From positions 104,533-168,532 of IMG/VR virus record IMGVR_UViG_3300036985_007703: a DNA stretch of 64,000 nt; one strand, 5' to 3'. This DNA comes from a virus. The notes under the pieces were generated by a model, which saw nothing but the letters and a program-made list of their open reading frames with translations, was not told the DNA's origin and made no database searches. Shown piece after piece: positions 27,906 through 37,560 of the stretch. Within the stretch, counting starts at the first letter, position 1. Each line of letters opens with the position of its first letter. A program made the position numbers and the translations under genes.

Positions 27906-29762
27906 TTAATCCCTCCGCCCATGGCCCGCCGCCCGCCGATCCCGGCGCGCTTGCCGAGCCTGTGCCTCTAGCGTCCGATCGATCCCTTCGACCCGCGCCG
28001 CCATGCGCTCCGTGAGCCGCGTGACGCGCCCGTGCTCGCTCAGCAAGCGGTCCAGCCGCGCCTTCACCGCCGCGTCGCCCTCCAGGGCGCGCCCGCGGGG
28101 CTCCTCCGCCTCGGGGACCGCCCCCTCGGCCGCCCCCATCTCCGGTGGGAGCCCGCCCTCGGCGCCCATCGGCCCCATCACGGTCTCCGGGTACTCCCGG
28201 ATGATCTCCGCCTGCGTCGCCGCGTCGCCCTTCATGGCCCCGCGCTTGTCCTTGCGCGCCTCGTCCGTCACGTAGATGGCCTCGTCCTGCGAGAAGCCGA
28301 ACACGTGCTGGAGGATCCAGGGCTGCGGCACCAACTCGCCGAGGCCCTGCGCGAGCTGCGCCTGCTGCAGCCGCACCTCCAGCTGTGCCAGCTCGAAGAT
28401 GTAGCTCGGCACCGTCATGTGGAGATCGAAGGCCACCGCGTCGGGGTCGATCCCCAGCGCCGCGAGGTGGACCCGGCAGATCTGCTTCACACCGTTGCGC
28501 ACCTCGCGCTGCACCCGCATGGCCGCCCGCGCGAACCGCACGTCGTCCCCGCTCGCGATGCGCCCCGTGGTCTCCTCCATCCCGAGGAGGCGCTTGGGGG
28601 TCTGCGCCGCGGCGAGCACCTTGTTGCGGAAATACTCCAGAATGTCGAGGTCCTGCGAGTCCACGCCCTGCAGCACGTCGACGCGCGTCGAGTCCTTGCC
28701 CCCGCGCGTCGGCAGCCAGAGGTCCTCCAGCTGCCCCTGCACGTTGTAGCGGAAGTCCAGCTGCCCCGTGCTCGGGTTGAAGACCTTCTTGCGCGTGTAC
28801 TGCTGCTGGATCTTCTTGACGTGCGCCCAACCCTCGGTTGGGGGCATGTCCCCGGTATCAATATAGAATGCGTTGCGCGAGGGCCCGCGCGTCAGCTTGG
28901 TGACCAGCGCGGTGTCCTCCATCATCATGAGCCGCTTCCAGGCCCAGCGCCCGCCGTCCAGCACGCTCACGCCGTAGACCGCCGTGGTGTCCTTCTGCCG
29001 CAACCGCCAGTGGACGATCTCCCAGGGCTCGAACACCACGCACCCGTTGACGGGCTTGCGCTGGTCGCGCGCCACCTTCAACGCCGCGTCGAACTCGCGC
29101 TGCGTGAGCTTGAACTGCCCCGTGGGGTCCTGGATGAAGCCGAGGGTCGTCCCGTGGTTGTCCTGCACGCGCCGCATCGTGGGGGGCGCCAGGAAGTTGA
29201 TCCCGACGACGCCCATCTTGCCCACGAGGACCTCGCCGAAGCGGTTGCCGTACTTGCCCAGCGTGCGGGCGAGCCCGTGGACGTCGTCCTCCAGGCGCAG
29301 GCGCCGCGTGAGGAGGTCCTCCAGCACGTCGCGCACCAGCTTGTCCTTCGAGGAGGCCCAGATGCTGCGCCCCGTGTTGCTGTCCGGGATCGAGGCGTCG
29401 TCCGCGTAGAGCGTGAAGATCGACGAGGTGAGGTCGTAGTCGTCCATGTCCTCGGCGTCGCGGTACCGCTGCATGAGGTCGTCGGAGAGCTGGAGGGCCT
29501 GCGCGACGGGGCTGTTCGCGTCGAAGTTGCCGCCGGTCTGCAGGGCCAGGGCCCCCACGTAGCCGTCCTTGGCAAGGAGCGGGTTGTCCTGGTGCTTGCC
29601 CGCGATCTCGGCGCCCTGGGTCACGCCGCGGGGCGCCGTGGGGCCCTCGTGGGCCGGTCCGCTCCCGCGCCCCAGCCATCCCCGGATCTTGTCCCAGAGG
29701 CCCCCGCCCTTGTCCCCGGCTCCGGTCGGCTGCTGCTGTTGCTGCTGCTTGGGATCCGCCAT
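27906..29762 (-). CDS. Portal protein (T4 gp20 family)
   Basis: YR..EDMD, KYGN.F, IVHWRL, YG.SVL, L.MMED...R.P.R.AFYIDTG.MP, EDLWLPTRGG, YFR.K...A...PK. Confidence 0.93.
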   Translation of the reverse strand: MADPKQQQQQQPTGAGDKGGGLWDKIRGWLGRGSGPAHEGPTAPRGVTQGAEIAGKHQDNPLLAKDGYVGALALQTGGNFDANSPVAQALQLSDDLMQRYRDAEDMDDYDLTSSIFTLYADDASIPDSNTGRSIWASSKDKLVRDVLEDLLTRRLRLEDDVHGLARTLGKYGNRFGEVLVGKMGVVGINFLAPPTMRRVQDNHGTTLGFIQDPTGQFKLTQREFDAALKVARDQRKPVNGCVVFEPWEIVHWRLRQKDTTAVYGVSVLDGGRWAWKRLMMMEDTALVTKLTRGPSRNAFYIDTGDMPPTEGWAHVKKIQQQYTRKKVFNPSTGQLDFRYNVQGQLEDLWLPTRGGKDSTRVDVLQGVDSQDLDILEYFRNKVLAAAQTPKRLLGMEETTGRIASGDDVRFARAAMRVQREVRNGVKQICRVHLAALGIDPDAVAFDLHMTVPSYIFELAQLEVRLQQAQLAQGLGELVPQPWILQHVFGFSQDEAIYVTDEARKDKRGAMKGDAATQAEIIREYPETVMGPMGAEGGLPPEMGAAEGAVPEAEEPRGRALEGDAAVKARLDRLLSEHGRVTRLTERMAARVEGIDRTLEAQARQARRDRRAAGHGRRD

Positions 29763-29781
29763 GCCGTCACGCTCCTCGCGC

Positions 29782-32736
29782 CTAACCCATCAGGAAGGGC
29801 AACATGGGGACCTCGGCCTCGCCCTCGGGGCCCGGCTGCCCGGTCACCCACGCGAAATCCTCGGCCTCGGCGCGCCCCTCGCCTGGTTGTAGCACCCCGA
29901 GGGGCACCCTCGGAACTTTTTTCAGGAGCCCCGCCACGACGCCCGCCACGGCGTCCGCGCAGTCCTTGGAATTGTGCACAAACACGCCCGCAGACAACGC
30001 AAAATTGTTCCACACGTCGACCTCCAGGTCGTACACCGGCACAGGATCGGCCAACTGCACGGGGATGACAGCACGCACCTTGTGGTTCAAACCGTGGCGC
30101 GCCAGCAGGTCACTCCATGAGGAAAACCCATGTTCGCGCAGCACCCGCATCACGGTATTGCGACCACATCCGATAGCACGGGACGCGGCATTGGCATTGT
30201 CTACAGATGGATTACGGGCGGCCTCCAACACAACACCAAGATCCACGTCAGATCGGAACGCGCCACTCTTCCGAGCACGGGCACGTCGCTGCTCAGGCGT
30301 CATAGAAGCTATCATGCGGCTCATCGCCTCGGCATGGATGGCTCGCCCACGCGCACTCAAATTAAACGCCTGCAGACCATCGCGCACATGCTGCTCATAC
30401 ACAGCATCCTCTAGGTGCCGTTGGATCGTGTGCTCTCGCGAGTGGTCCTCTCGTCGAATGATCTCAATGTTGTCTGGCCTATTGTCGGTCTTTACCCCGT
30501 TGCGATGATGCACGATCTCATCCTCGCACACAGGACGCTGGAAGTGCTCAGCCACAAGATAGTGGGTGAGTGTCCTGTGACCGTGCGCATCGGTCAGGCG
30601 CTCATACCCACCATTGACAGGCCAAACCTGACTGATAGGCATCAGACGATCTACCCCAGGCACAAGATCGCTTGCTGGCTTGTAAGATCCATCCCGAAGC
30701 ATCCACGGATGCTCTGGCGTGCAACGGACGACGGCCCCGCTGTCAAGCACAACATCCAATAGGGCACTCGTCGTTTTCGTAAGGCGCCCCCGCGCCAGCC
30801 CCGGCACAATCGTCCCATCATTCCGCGCAGAATAAACCCACACCTCGCGCCCGCATAGCTCCGCTATCGTAGGCCGCGTGCCATCCATCAAAGGAATGCG
30901 CGTCTCCCCCACAAAACATCCCGCCATCGGGTGGTCAATTTTTCCTCGCATACGATCGTGCTCCAGGGCCCGCAGCTCCCCGAGCAGGGGCGCGTGGTCG
31001 TACAGCTCGATGCGCCGCTCGTAGATCGCCGAGCGCAGGGCCTCGTAGGGCACCATCGTGACGTCCACGCTGAGGATCTCCGAGGCCACGCCGCGCCGGC
31101 GCATCGCCTGCAGGGTGTCGGCGCTCTGGTACTGGTCGCACGAGAACCCGATCAGCGAGAACCCGTGCGCCTGGAGGTCGTAGACCACGGCCCGGATGTC
31201 GGCGAGCTGGATCTGCTCCCCCGGCGGGGGCCGCACCTGCAGCACGAGGTCGAGCACGAAGGCCGGGGCGAGGTCCGTGTAGTGATCGCCCTCAGGCGTC
31301 CGCCGCACGACCTCCACCCAGCGCTCGATGTGCCCCATGGCGATCCCCGTGCAGTCCCCCGACAGCGAGGTGTCGATGTGGACGTAGCGGAAGGCCTTGG
31401 GGTTGCGGAGGGGCGTCCAGGCCTCCTCCTCGAACCCGCCCGGCAGGCGCCGCACCGAGGACTTGGCCAGCTGGTGCCAGTGGATCACGAGGGGCTCCCC
31501 GTACTGCCAGGTCTGGCGGTGCGCGGGGTGGCGCCGCGCGGGGTCCACGGCCTCCTGGATCTTCTCCGTGCGCTGGATGAACACGCTGATGGCCGTCGTG
31601 GGGACGCCCGCGATGTCGCGGATCGCATCCTCCAGGTTGGACTCGAAGTCCACGCGGTACTCCTCGGGGACCGCGATCACGCGCGCCTCGTCGGGGAGGG
31701 TCGCGAGGTTCACCTCCTCGCCGGGGGGCAGGATGCGACTGCGCAGGGAGCTTCCCCCGCAGAGCACTTGGAAGGTGCGCCCGCTGAAGCTCCCCGGCGG
31801 CTTGACCTCCCACGTGGCCATCTCCATCGCGTAGATCGAGGGGTCGTGGTGGGCCGCCGCGAGGCGCCGGTCGATGAACGACCCCACCGTGTTTGCGCTC
31901 GACACCATCACGATCATGCCGGGGAGGTCCCCGCTCGCCTGCACGAAGCGCGACTTGATGCGGCGCTCCAGGGAGCGGTACGTGACCTCGGCGTGGTCGT
32001 AGTGCGCGAGGCTCTTCTGCTGGCCGTCCGCCGTGCGGATCTTCTGCTTGGTGGAGCGCACGAAGTTGGTCTCGTCGAGGGCCGCGGCGAAGGCGTTGGT
32101 GCCCATGGAGCGCTCGGCGAGGTAGCTCGCGACGATCATCTGCACGTTGTAGGGGAAGTACGTCGCCTCGGTGTGGACGTCGGGCTTGAAGTGCTCCTGG
32201 AAGTACGGGCTGATCGCGAGCTTGTTGTCGATGGCCGACTTGAGGACCTGGCGCGCAAGGACCAGGTTGCGGCTCACGAGCACGATGCTCATCTCGGAGC
32301 CCGGCGACATGCCGTAGGAGGCCTGCGGGTTCACGAGGCAGCTCAGCTCGTAGAGGAGGCGGCACATGGCGATCGAGAGGGCCGTTGTCTTCCCCCACCC
32401 CGTGCTGCCCCCCAGGATGACCTCGCGGTAGTGCGCGCCCGGCTCGAAGATCTCGATGAGCTTGCGCCGCAGGACCGGGTAGAGCGTCTGGCAGGATTCC
32501 CCCAGGTAGTAGGGATCATCGATAAAGGTCGCCATGTCGACAGGGGCCACGCGGTACCGCTTCGCGTAGCACTCGTTGGCGATCTCGGGGCGCCCCGCCT
32601 GCTCCTCGTACAGGAGGGCCTCGAAGAGGCGCCGCTCGTCGGGGGGCAGCGCGCCCAGGCGCCGCAGGAGGGCGGCCCGGCGCTCGGCCGGCGTGCGGAC
32701 GGTCCGCGTGCGCCCCTCGGGGGTGCGGATGATCAC
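29782..32736 (-). CDS. terL: Terminase large subunit, intein-containing
   Basis: Walker A GSTGWGKT, Walker B ALDE, nuclease HIDTS..GD.TG, DQYQS, DHP...SKDCADA. Confidence 0.93.
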   Translation of the reverse strand: MIIRTPEGRTRTVRTPAERRAALLRRLGALPPDERRLFEALLYEEQAGRPEIANECYAKRYRVAPVDMATFIDDPYYLGESCQTLYPVLRRKLIEIFEPGAHYREVILGGSTGWGKTTALSIAMCRLLYELSCLVNPQASYGMSPGSEMSIVLVSRNLVLARQVLKSAIDNKLAISPYFQEHFKPDVHTEATYFPYNVQMIVASYLAERSMGTNAFAAALDETNFVRSTKQKIRTADGQQKSLAHYDHAEVTYRSLERRIKSRFVQASGDLPGMIVMVSSANTVGSFIDRRLAAAHHDPSIYAMEMATWEVKPPGSFSGRTFQVLCGGSSLRSRILPPGEEVNLATLPDEARVIAVPEEYRVDFESNLEDAIRDIAGVPTTAISVFIQRTEKIQEAVDPARRHPAHRQTWQYGEPLVIHWHQLAKSSVRRLPGGFEEEAWTPLRNPKAFRYVHIDTSLSGDCTGIAMGHIERWVEVVRRTPEGDHYTDLAPAFVLDLVLQVRPPPGEQIQLADIRAVVYDLQAHGFSLIGFSCDQYQSADTLQAMRRRGVASEILSVDVTMVPYEALRSAIYERRIELYDHAPLLGELRALEHDRMRGKIDHPMAGCFVGETRIPLMDGTRPTIAELCGREVWVYSARNDGTIVPGLARGRLTKTTSALLDVVLDSGAVVRCTPEHPWMLRDGSYKPASDLVPGVDRLMPISQVWPVNGGYERLTDAHGHRTLTHYLVAEHFQRPVCEDEIVHHRNGVKTDNRPDNIEIIRREDHSREHTIQRHLEDAVYEQHVRDGLQAFNLSARGRAIHAEAMSRMIASMTPEQRRARARKSGAFRSDVDLGVVLEAARNPSVDNANAASRAIGCGRNTVMRVLREHGFSSWSDLLARHGLNHKVRAVIPVQLADPVPVYDLEVDVWNNFALSAGVFVHNSKDCADAVAGVVAGLLKKVPRVPLGVLQPGEGRAEAEDFAWVTGQPGPEGEAEVPMLPFLMG
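29971..30918 (-). mobile_element. Intein (316 aa) with internal HNH endonuclease
   Basis: Starts CFVGETRI, CTPEHPW block B, VYDLEV...NF...GVFVHN end, +1 Ser; VHHRNG.K.DNR..N; lower GC. Confidence 0.93.
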
Positions 32737-33503
32737 GGGGCGGGGGCCTCAGCCTGCCCCTCAGCCCCCGTGATGTCGATGGTCTCGCTCCCGTAGAGGT
32801 CCCCGTCGTCGTCCGTGGCCAGGGTCTTGAACTCCTCCAACAGGGCGAGCACGCGCCCCCGCGCCGCGGGCCGCTGCAGCACGGCCGCCACCTCGTCCCC
32901 GAAGCGCTGCTGCACGTTGACCACGACGCTCTGGTTCATGACCACGCTGGCGCCCTTGCTGCCGTGGTTGAAGCCGTAGGCCTCCTTGACCATGTGCATG
33001 CGGCAGATGGTGTCGACCACCTGCTGGGCCGCCTGCCCCACGGCCGGGATGGGGACGCCCACCTGCTGCTCGTAGGCGAGGCCCATGTCCACCCGGCTCT
33101 TCAAGATGCGGTACATCTCCTCCAGCCGGCTGAACTCCAGCTCCTCGTCCTCCATGCGCTTGCGCAGCCACCCCGCCATGCGGAGCTGCGCGGCCCCCAC
33201 GAACATCGCGCTCGGCATGTAGTTGGTGCGATAGGACAGGAGCTGGTTCTCCAGGACCCCGCGCGTGATCTCCGTGCGCTCCTGCGCCTCATTCTGGATA
33301 AAGGCCGCCGTCGCCGCACAGGAGTAGCCCTCCGACAGCATGTCCCGCACCTGGGGCCAGCACGTCAGGGACTCCAGCTTGCGCGCCACCGCCGTCTTCG
33401 TCTTCCACCCGCTCTGGGGGGGCAACGTCGGCTTGTTGCGCTTCGAGATTGTAGGTTTGGGCTTCTGAGCCCCCTTCTTACCAACCACTCCGCCTGTCCG
33501 CAT
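32733..33503 (-). CDS. Putative terminase small subunit
   Basis: Immediately upstream of terL, helical. Confidence 0.55.
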   Translation of the reverse strand: MRTGGVVGKKGAQKPKPTISKRNKPTLPPQSGWKTKTAVARKLESLTCWPQVRDMLSEGYSCAATAAFIQNEAQERTEITRGVLENQLLSYRTNYMPSAMFVGAAQLRMAGWLRKRMEDEELEFSRLEEMYRILKSRVDMGLAYEQQVGVPIPAVGQAAQQVVDTICRMHMVKEAYGFNHGSKGASVVMNQSVVVNVQQRFGDEVAAVLQRPAARGRVLALLEEFKTLATDDDGDLYGSETIDITGAEGQAEAPAP

Positions 33504-33578
33504 CGCTCCGCTCCGCTCGCAACATCAGCTGTCTGCCATCAACCGGGCTGCGCATGCGCATGCGCAACGCGCTCCTCG

Positions 33579-34133
33579 CTACTCGCCACGCCCCCCCGCG
33601 ATCCCGAGCTTCTCCCGGATCGCCGCGAGGTCCGAGCGCAGCCCGCTGAGCTGCTCCCGCAGCCCATCCAACTGCGGCTGGATGCGGTCGCCCGCCAGCC
33701 GCAGGGCCGTCACGTGCTCCTGCATCACCCGCGCATCCGAGGCCATCGCGCTCACGCGATCCGACACGAGGCGCACCTGGTCTTCCAGGGCGTCTTGCCG
33801 CGCCACCGTCGCCTGCAAGTTGAAATACAGGGTCCCTGCCATGAAGACCAAGGGCACGATCCAGATAATGATCCGCACCCAGGTGTCCCGCGTGAGCCCC
33901 CCCGGCGTCGCGGGCGGGGGGGGCGGCGGGGGGGCATAGCCCTGCACCGGCCCATAGTACGCGGGCCCCTCGGGCAGCGTGAACTGCCCCGTCACGTCCT
34001 CGTAGGCCCCCACCTGGCCGGGCCGCCCCGCGGGGTGATCGGGCCCACCCGAGTTGGCAGGGCCCGGCCCGTAGCCGCCCGGACTTGGGGGCGGGGCCAT
34101 GTGCGGGGGACGGGGGTTGCGGCGGTCCATCAT
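33579..34133 (-). CDS. Single-TM coiled-coil membrane protein
   Basis: Pro-rich N-terminus, TM WVRIIIWIVPLVFMAGTLY, coiled coil. Confidence 0.6.
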   Translation of the reverse strand: MMDRRNPRPPHMAPPPSPGGYGPGPANSGGPDHPAGRPGQVGAYEDVTGQFTLPEGPAYYGPVQGYAPPPPPPPATPGGLTRDTWVRIIIWIVPLVFMAGTLYFNLQATVARQDALEDQVRLVSDRVSAMASDARVMQEHVTALRLAGDRIQPQLDGLREQLSGLRSDLAAIREKLGIAGGRGE

Positions 34134-34201
34134 GCCGCCAGCGTACCGAACGCCCTGCACATCTGCAAGGATCGCGTCGATCGCGCCGCGCGGACGCGGG
34201 C

Positions 34202-34290
34202 AAAAAAAAGGGGCCGGCGACAAGCTAGGACCAGGGGGGGTGGTCGCGTCGCTCAAGTCGCCGGCCCCACAAGCCATAATGGGAGCCAAC
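34202..34290 (-). ncRNA. Putative small RNA or attenuator: long hairpin, C7 loop, U8 tail
   Basis: GGGGCCGGCGAC/GTCGCCGGCCCC stem followed by T8, promoter directly upstream. Confidence 0.55.
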
Positions 34291-34296
34291 GCCATC

Positions 34297-34326
34297 ACCG
34301 TAGCGGGCCACCCCCGCTGCTGTCAA
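34297..34326 (-). promoter_or_regulatory. Sigma70-type promoter TTGACA-N18-TACGGT
   Basis: Intergenic, perfect -35. Confidence 0.6.
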
Positions 34327-34336
34327 GGGAGAAGCG

Positions 34337-35365
34337 TTAGGGCTTCGCGTTGCCGATGTCGGCCAGGGTGGTCTCGCCGAAGAGAATCTCCGGGGCGCCC
34401 CCCGCGAAGGCCACGATGCGGACCTGCGTGAGGTCCTGCAGGGCCTTGAGGTGCCCCGCCAGATCCAGCGTGGGATCGGGCAGCGCCGCGGCCGGGGCCT
34501 CCGGGGCCTCCGCGCCGGCCTGCTCCGCCGCCTCCAGCAGGGCCCCGCCGTAGAGCACCTTGCCATCCTTGGGGTCGACCGCCACGATGCGCCAGCCCGT
34601 CGCGTGCTCCACCTGCGCGAGGTACTCCGCGGGCTCGTTGCGGTTCATGTTCGTCGCCAGGAACTCCGTGCAGATCATCGCCAGGGCGTGCGGCTCGCTC
34701 TCCGAGGCCGCCATGTCGCACGCCTTCTTGATCGCCCGCTCCACCGTGTCGACTTGCGACCGCATGAGGTTCCGGCTCCACTTGACGGGCTTCTGCTGGA
34801 TCTGGAGCTTCTCCTCGTCCTCGTCCGCCGCCGCGCCAGTCGGGAGGCCGTTGAGGCGCTCTTGCTCCGCGTCGACCTCACCCCGCACGAGCTTCTGCAC
34901 GTCGCGCGTGCTCAGGCCCTCCACGCGGCCCAGCCAGTGCTCCGCGTTCTCCGCCGTGACCACCGGCGCGAGGTCGCGCGCCTTCGAGGCCCCCAGGCGG
35001 TCGATGCGCTCCTGCAAGGGCGCCGGGAGGCTGCGCCGCCACGCCCAGATCTGCACGAGGTACTGGGCCTTGCGCAGCTCGAAGTCGACCTCCGATTCCA
35101 CGTACTCCTTCCACGAGGCGAACCCCCACGTCTGGTACAGCACCTTGTCGTACACGTGCCAGAGGGCCTCGCTCAGCTTCCAATAGTTGCTCTCGACGTT
35201 CGCCCGCAGGCGCTTCACGTCCTTGCGCACCTTCTCGGGCGCCCACTCGGCGAGGCGATCCTCGATCCCCACCTCCGCCGCGGGTTCCCCCACGCACGCC
35301 AGCTCCGTGTGCAGCCGCTCCGTCAAGACCTCCGGCACCGCCAACTCATCCTGCTTCTTCGCCAT
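34337..35365 (-). CDS. Putative DNA-binding protein (DUF3102-like N-terminal helical/HTH region)
   Basis: LYQTWGFASWKEYVESE.....RKAQYL motif; palindrome upstream. Confidence 0.55.
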   Translation of the reverse strand: MAKKQDELAVPEVLTERLHTELACVGEPAAEVGIEDRLAEWAPEKVRKDVKRLRANVESNYWKLSEALWHVYDKVLYQTWGFASWKEYVESEVDFELRKAQYLVQIWAWRRSLPAPLQERIDRLGASKARDLAPVVTAENAEHWLGRVEGLSTRDVQKLVRGEVDAEQERLNGLPTGAAADEDEEKLQIQQKPVKWSRNLMRSQVDTVERAIKKACDMAASESEPHALAMICTEFLATNMNRNEPAEYLAQVEHATGWRIVAVDPKDGKVLYGGALLEAAEQAGAEAPEAPAAALPDPTLDLAGHLKALQDLTQVRIVAFAGGAPEILFGETTLADIGNAKP

Positions 35366-35420
35366 CGTTCTGCTCGCTTTCCCTGCGCACGCGCGTGCGC
35401 AGCCCGCCGTCTGCGTTCTG

Positions 35421-35969
35421 CTAGAACAGCTTCTCTTGCTTCCACTCAAACGATCCTACGTCGACCGCCCCGCCCGTCAACCTGTGAAGGTGGAGGGCCG
35501 CCACCGCCCAGGCGTCCGCCTGATTGTGGTCCGCCACGGGCACCCCCAGCTTTATCACGTGGGGCAGGATCTTGTCCTTCTTGAGGTTCCCCTTGCCGAA
35601 GATCTCCTTGCGGATCTGGCTCACGATGTAGAGCGCGGGCTCCACCCGGCACGCCAGCCACAGTTGCGTCTTCACGACCCCATGCAGCTCCCCGAGGTCG
35701 TTCTGCGCCCCACGCGCCCCCCAGGCGAACTGCTCGATGGCCACCCCGCAGGGGGCCGGTGCCGCCCGGTAGGCCCGCACCACCGCCGTCGCGATGTCGA
35801 GCATGCGCTCCACACGCTCCCGCGTCGTGGCCGTGCGCTTCAGCGCGTACCCCACGGTCTCCGCCGCCCAGACAGAGCCCGTGGCCCCGTCAAGCGTTAC
35901 AAGTCCGGCCCCCCGATCCGAGAGATCGAGGCCGAGCACGCTCCCGAGATCTATTTTATGCTCCTCCAC
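35421..35969 (-). CDS. ruvC: RuvC-like Holliday junction resolvase
   Basis: VLGLDLS, VAIE, LGELHGVVK, GKGN..K, DHNQADA.AVA. Confidence 0.85.
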   Translation of the reverse strand: MEEHKIDLGSVLGLDLSDRGAGLVTLDGATGSVWAAETVGYALKRTATTRERVERMLDIATAVVRAYRAAPAPCGVAIEQFAWGARGAQNDLGELHGVVKTQLWLACRVEPALYIVSQIRKEIFGKGNLKKDKILPHVIKLGVPVADHNQADAWAVAALHLHRLTGGAVDVGSFEWKQEKLF

Positions 35970-36026
35970 GAATACTTCCTCCGGTGGATTTCGCCCAGAC
36001 CGCCCCCTGGGGACCACTTTCCATGT

Positions 36027-37037
36027 TCATGGCGATGGTTTCTGCATAGATCCATCACCCGCGCACGCCTTGGCGATGTCCCGCGCGAAGCACGCCGCGC
36101 GCTGCGGGCACAACTTGGCCTTCCGATCCCCCTTGTAGCGGCACCCCGGCACGCAGCGCGCGGGCCACGGGGGGCGCTCCCCCGCGCATCCCACCGCCCA
36201 CCAGGCCTCATGCCCGGCCAGAGCGGCCCGCACATCCGCCACCGTCGCGTGCACCTCGGCCACCACGTTAGGGTCCGGGCGCACGAGGTGCTCCGCGAGG
36301 GCCCCCACCGCTGCGTCGGCCTCCTTGCGCACGTAGATGAGGCGCCCGCGCGCGAGCCCCGCCCAGTGCATGTACATCTGCACCTGCAGCGTGTGCTCGC
36401 GGAACGGGGCCCCGCCCACGGCCGGGTCGATCATGGCGAAGGCGCGGGGGCTCACCGTCTTCAGCTCCACAACCTCTAGGGCCCCATCCGCCCACCGCAG
36501 GACCCCATCGCAGTGCCCCGTAAGGCCGTGGACGCGGTCCTGGAAGGCCAGCTCCACGTAGCGCCACCCCTCCCCCGCCGGCCGGGGGATCCAGCCATGG
36601 GCTAGGGCGGGCACCGGGGCCCTAGCGCCCACCACCCGCTCGACCGCGCGGTATTCTGGGCCCCCCTTGACGATGGGCACGTCCCGCTCCCACCACCCCA
36701 ACAGGGTGACCCCCGGCAGCAGGGGCAGCAGCTCCTCCTGCCACGCGCGGTGGTAGGCCGTGCCCACCGCCGTCGCCCACACGTCCTTGGCGTCGTCCTC
36801 GCGGACCACCATGGGGGGCTCATCGGGCAGCAACACGGCGTGCGCCCGCCGCGCCCCCTCGGCCGCGATCACGGCCCCGCGCGGGCAGAGCCGCCCCAGG
36901 CCGCTCGCGCGGAAGGGCCCGTCGCTCGTGGGGATGGGGTGCCGCTCGCGCCGCACGACCCCCGCGAGGGCGCGCTGCACGGCGTCATCGGGGGTCGTGG
37001 GGCGGGCCCACGCGTGGTCGGTGAAGGTCGCGAGCAT
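36027..37037 (-). CDS. Cas4-like PD-(D/E)xK exonuclease
   Basis: RASGLG.LCPR, GT..H, GHCDG, ELKT, Q...Y, C-terminal Cys cluster. Confidence 0.8.
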   Translation of the reverse strand: MLATFTDHAWARPTTPDDAVQRALAGVVRRERHPIPTSDGPFRASGLGRLCPRGAVIAAEGARRAHAVLLPDEPPMVVREDDAKDVWATAVGTAYHRAWQEELLPLLPGVTLLGWWERDVPIVKGGPEYRAVERVVGARAPVPALAHGWIPRPAGEGWRYVELAFQDRVHGLTGHCDGVLRWADGALEVVELKTVSPRAFAMIDPAVGGAPFREHTLQVQMYMHWAGLARGRLIYVRKEADAAVGALAEHLVRPDPNVVAEVHATVADVRAALAGHEAWWAVGCAGERPPWPARCVPGCRYKGDRKAKLCPQRAACFARDIAKACAGDGSMQKPSP

Positions 37038-37051
37038 GGCCTCCCCCCCGC

Positions 37052-37426
37052 CTAGCGCTTGAAGACCTCGTCGATGCGCATGGTGAGGCGGTGGACGGGC
37101 GTCATGTCGTTCATGGGGCCGTACATCTGCTGGAAGTGCACGTACCAGGCCTTGGCGTTCTCGAACCCCTCCAGGATGGCCTTGCGGTCGTCCTGGCGGC
37201 GCTCCCCGAGGCCGGACTTGTCCACGGTGGTGATGGTGGCGCGGGCGATGGGGTGGTCGGGCCCGAAGGTGACGCCCGGCACGGGGCTCGCGTGGGGGCT
37301 CGCCAGCATGACGACGGTCCCCGGCGTGTGGGGGCAACCGTTGTCTTTGTCGTAAAGGCGTGAGAGCGCGGTGGCTTCGCCGGCGAGGATCTTGCCGGTC
37401 TCAAAGCGGTCGAGGGTCACGGGCAT
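37052..37426 (-). CDS. ASCH-domain protein
   Basis: ILAG.....R, IT.V, A..EGF.....F...YG. Confidence 0.65.
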   Translation of the reverse strand: MPVTLDRFETGKILAGEATALSRLYDKDNGCPHTPGTVVMLASPHASPVPGVTFGPDHPIARATITTVDKSGLGERRQDDRKAILEGFENAKAWYVHFQQMYGPMNDMTPVHRLTMRIDEVFKR

Positions 37427-37530
37427 TGGGGGCTCCTGCGGGGGGAGGGGATCTGGGGGCGGCGCGGTCCTGGGCTCCCCCCGTGGGGCCGCGGGCCCGC
37501 CCGCCGCGCGCCATGCGCGGGGGCACGGGG

Positions 37531-37560
37531 ACCATAGCGCGCCCGCGGGGGATTTGTCAA
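37531..37560 (-). promoter_or_regulatory. Sigma70-type promoter TTGACA-N18-TATGGT
   Basis: Upstream of the ASCH-Cas4-RuvC operon. Confidence 0.65.

Noticed and set aside
36027-37560. CRISPR-Cas system suggested by the Cas4-like gene
   Set aside because: No repeat-spacer array or other cas genes seen
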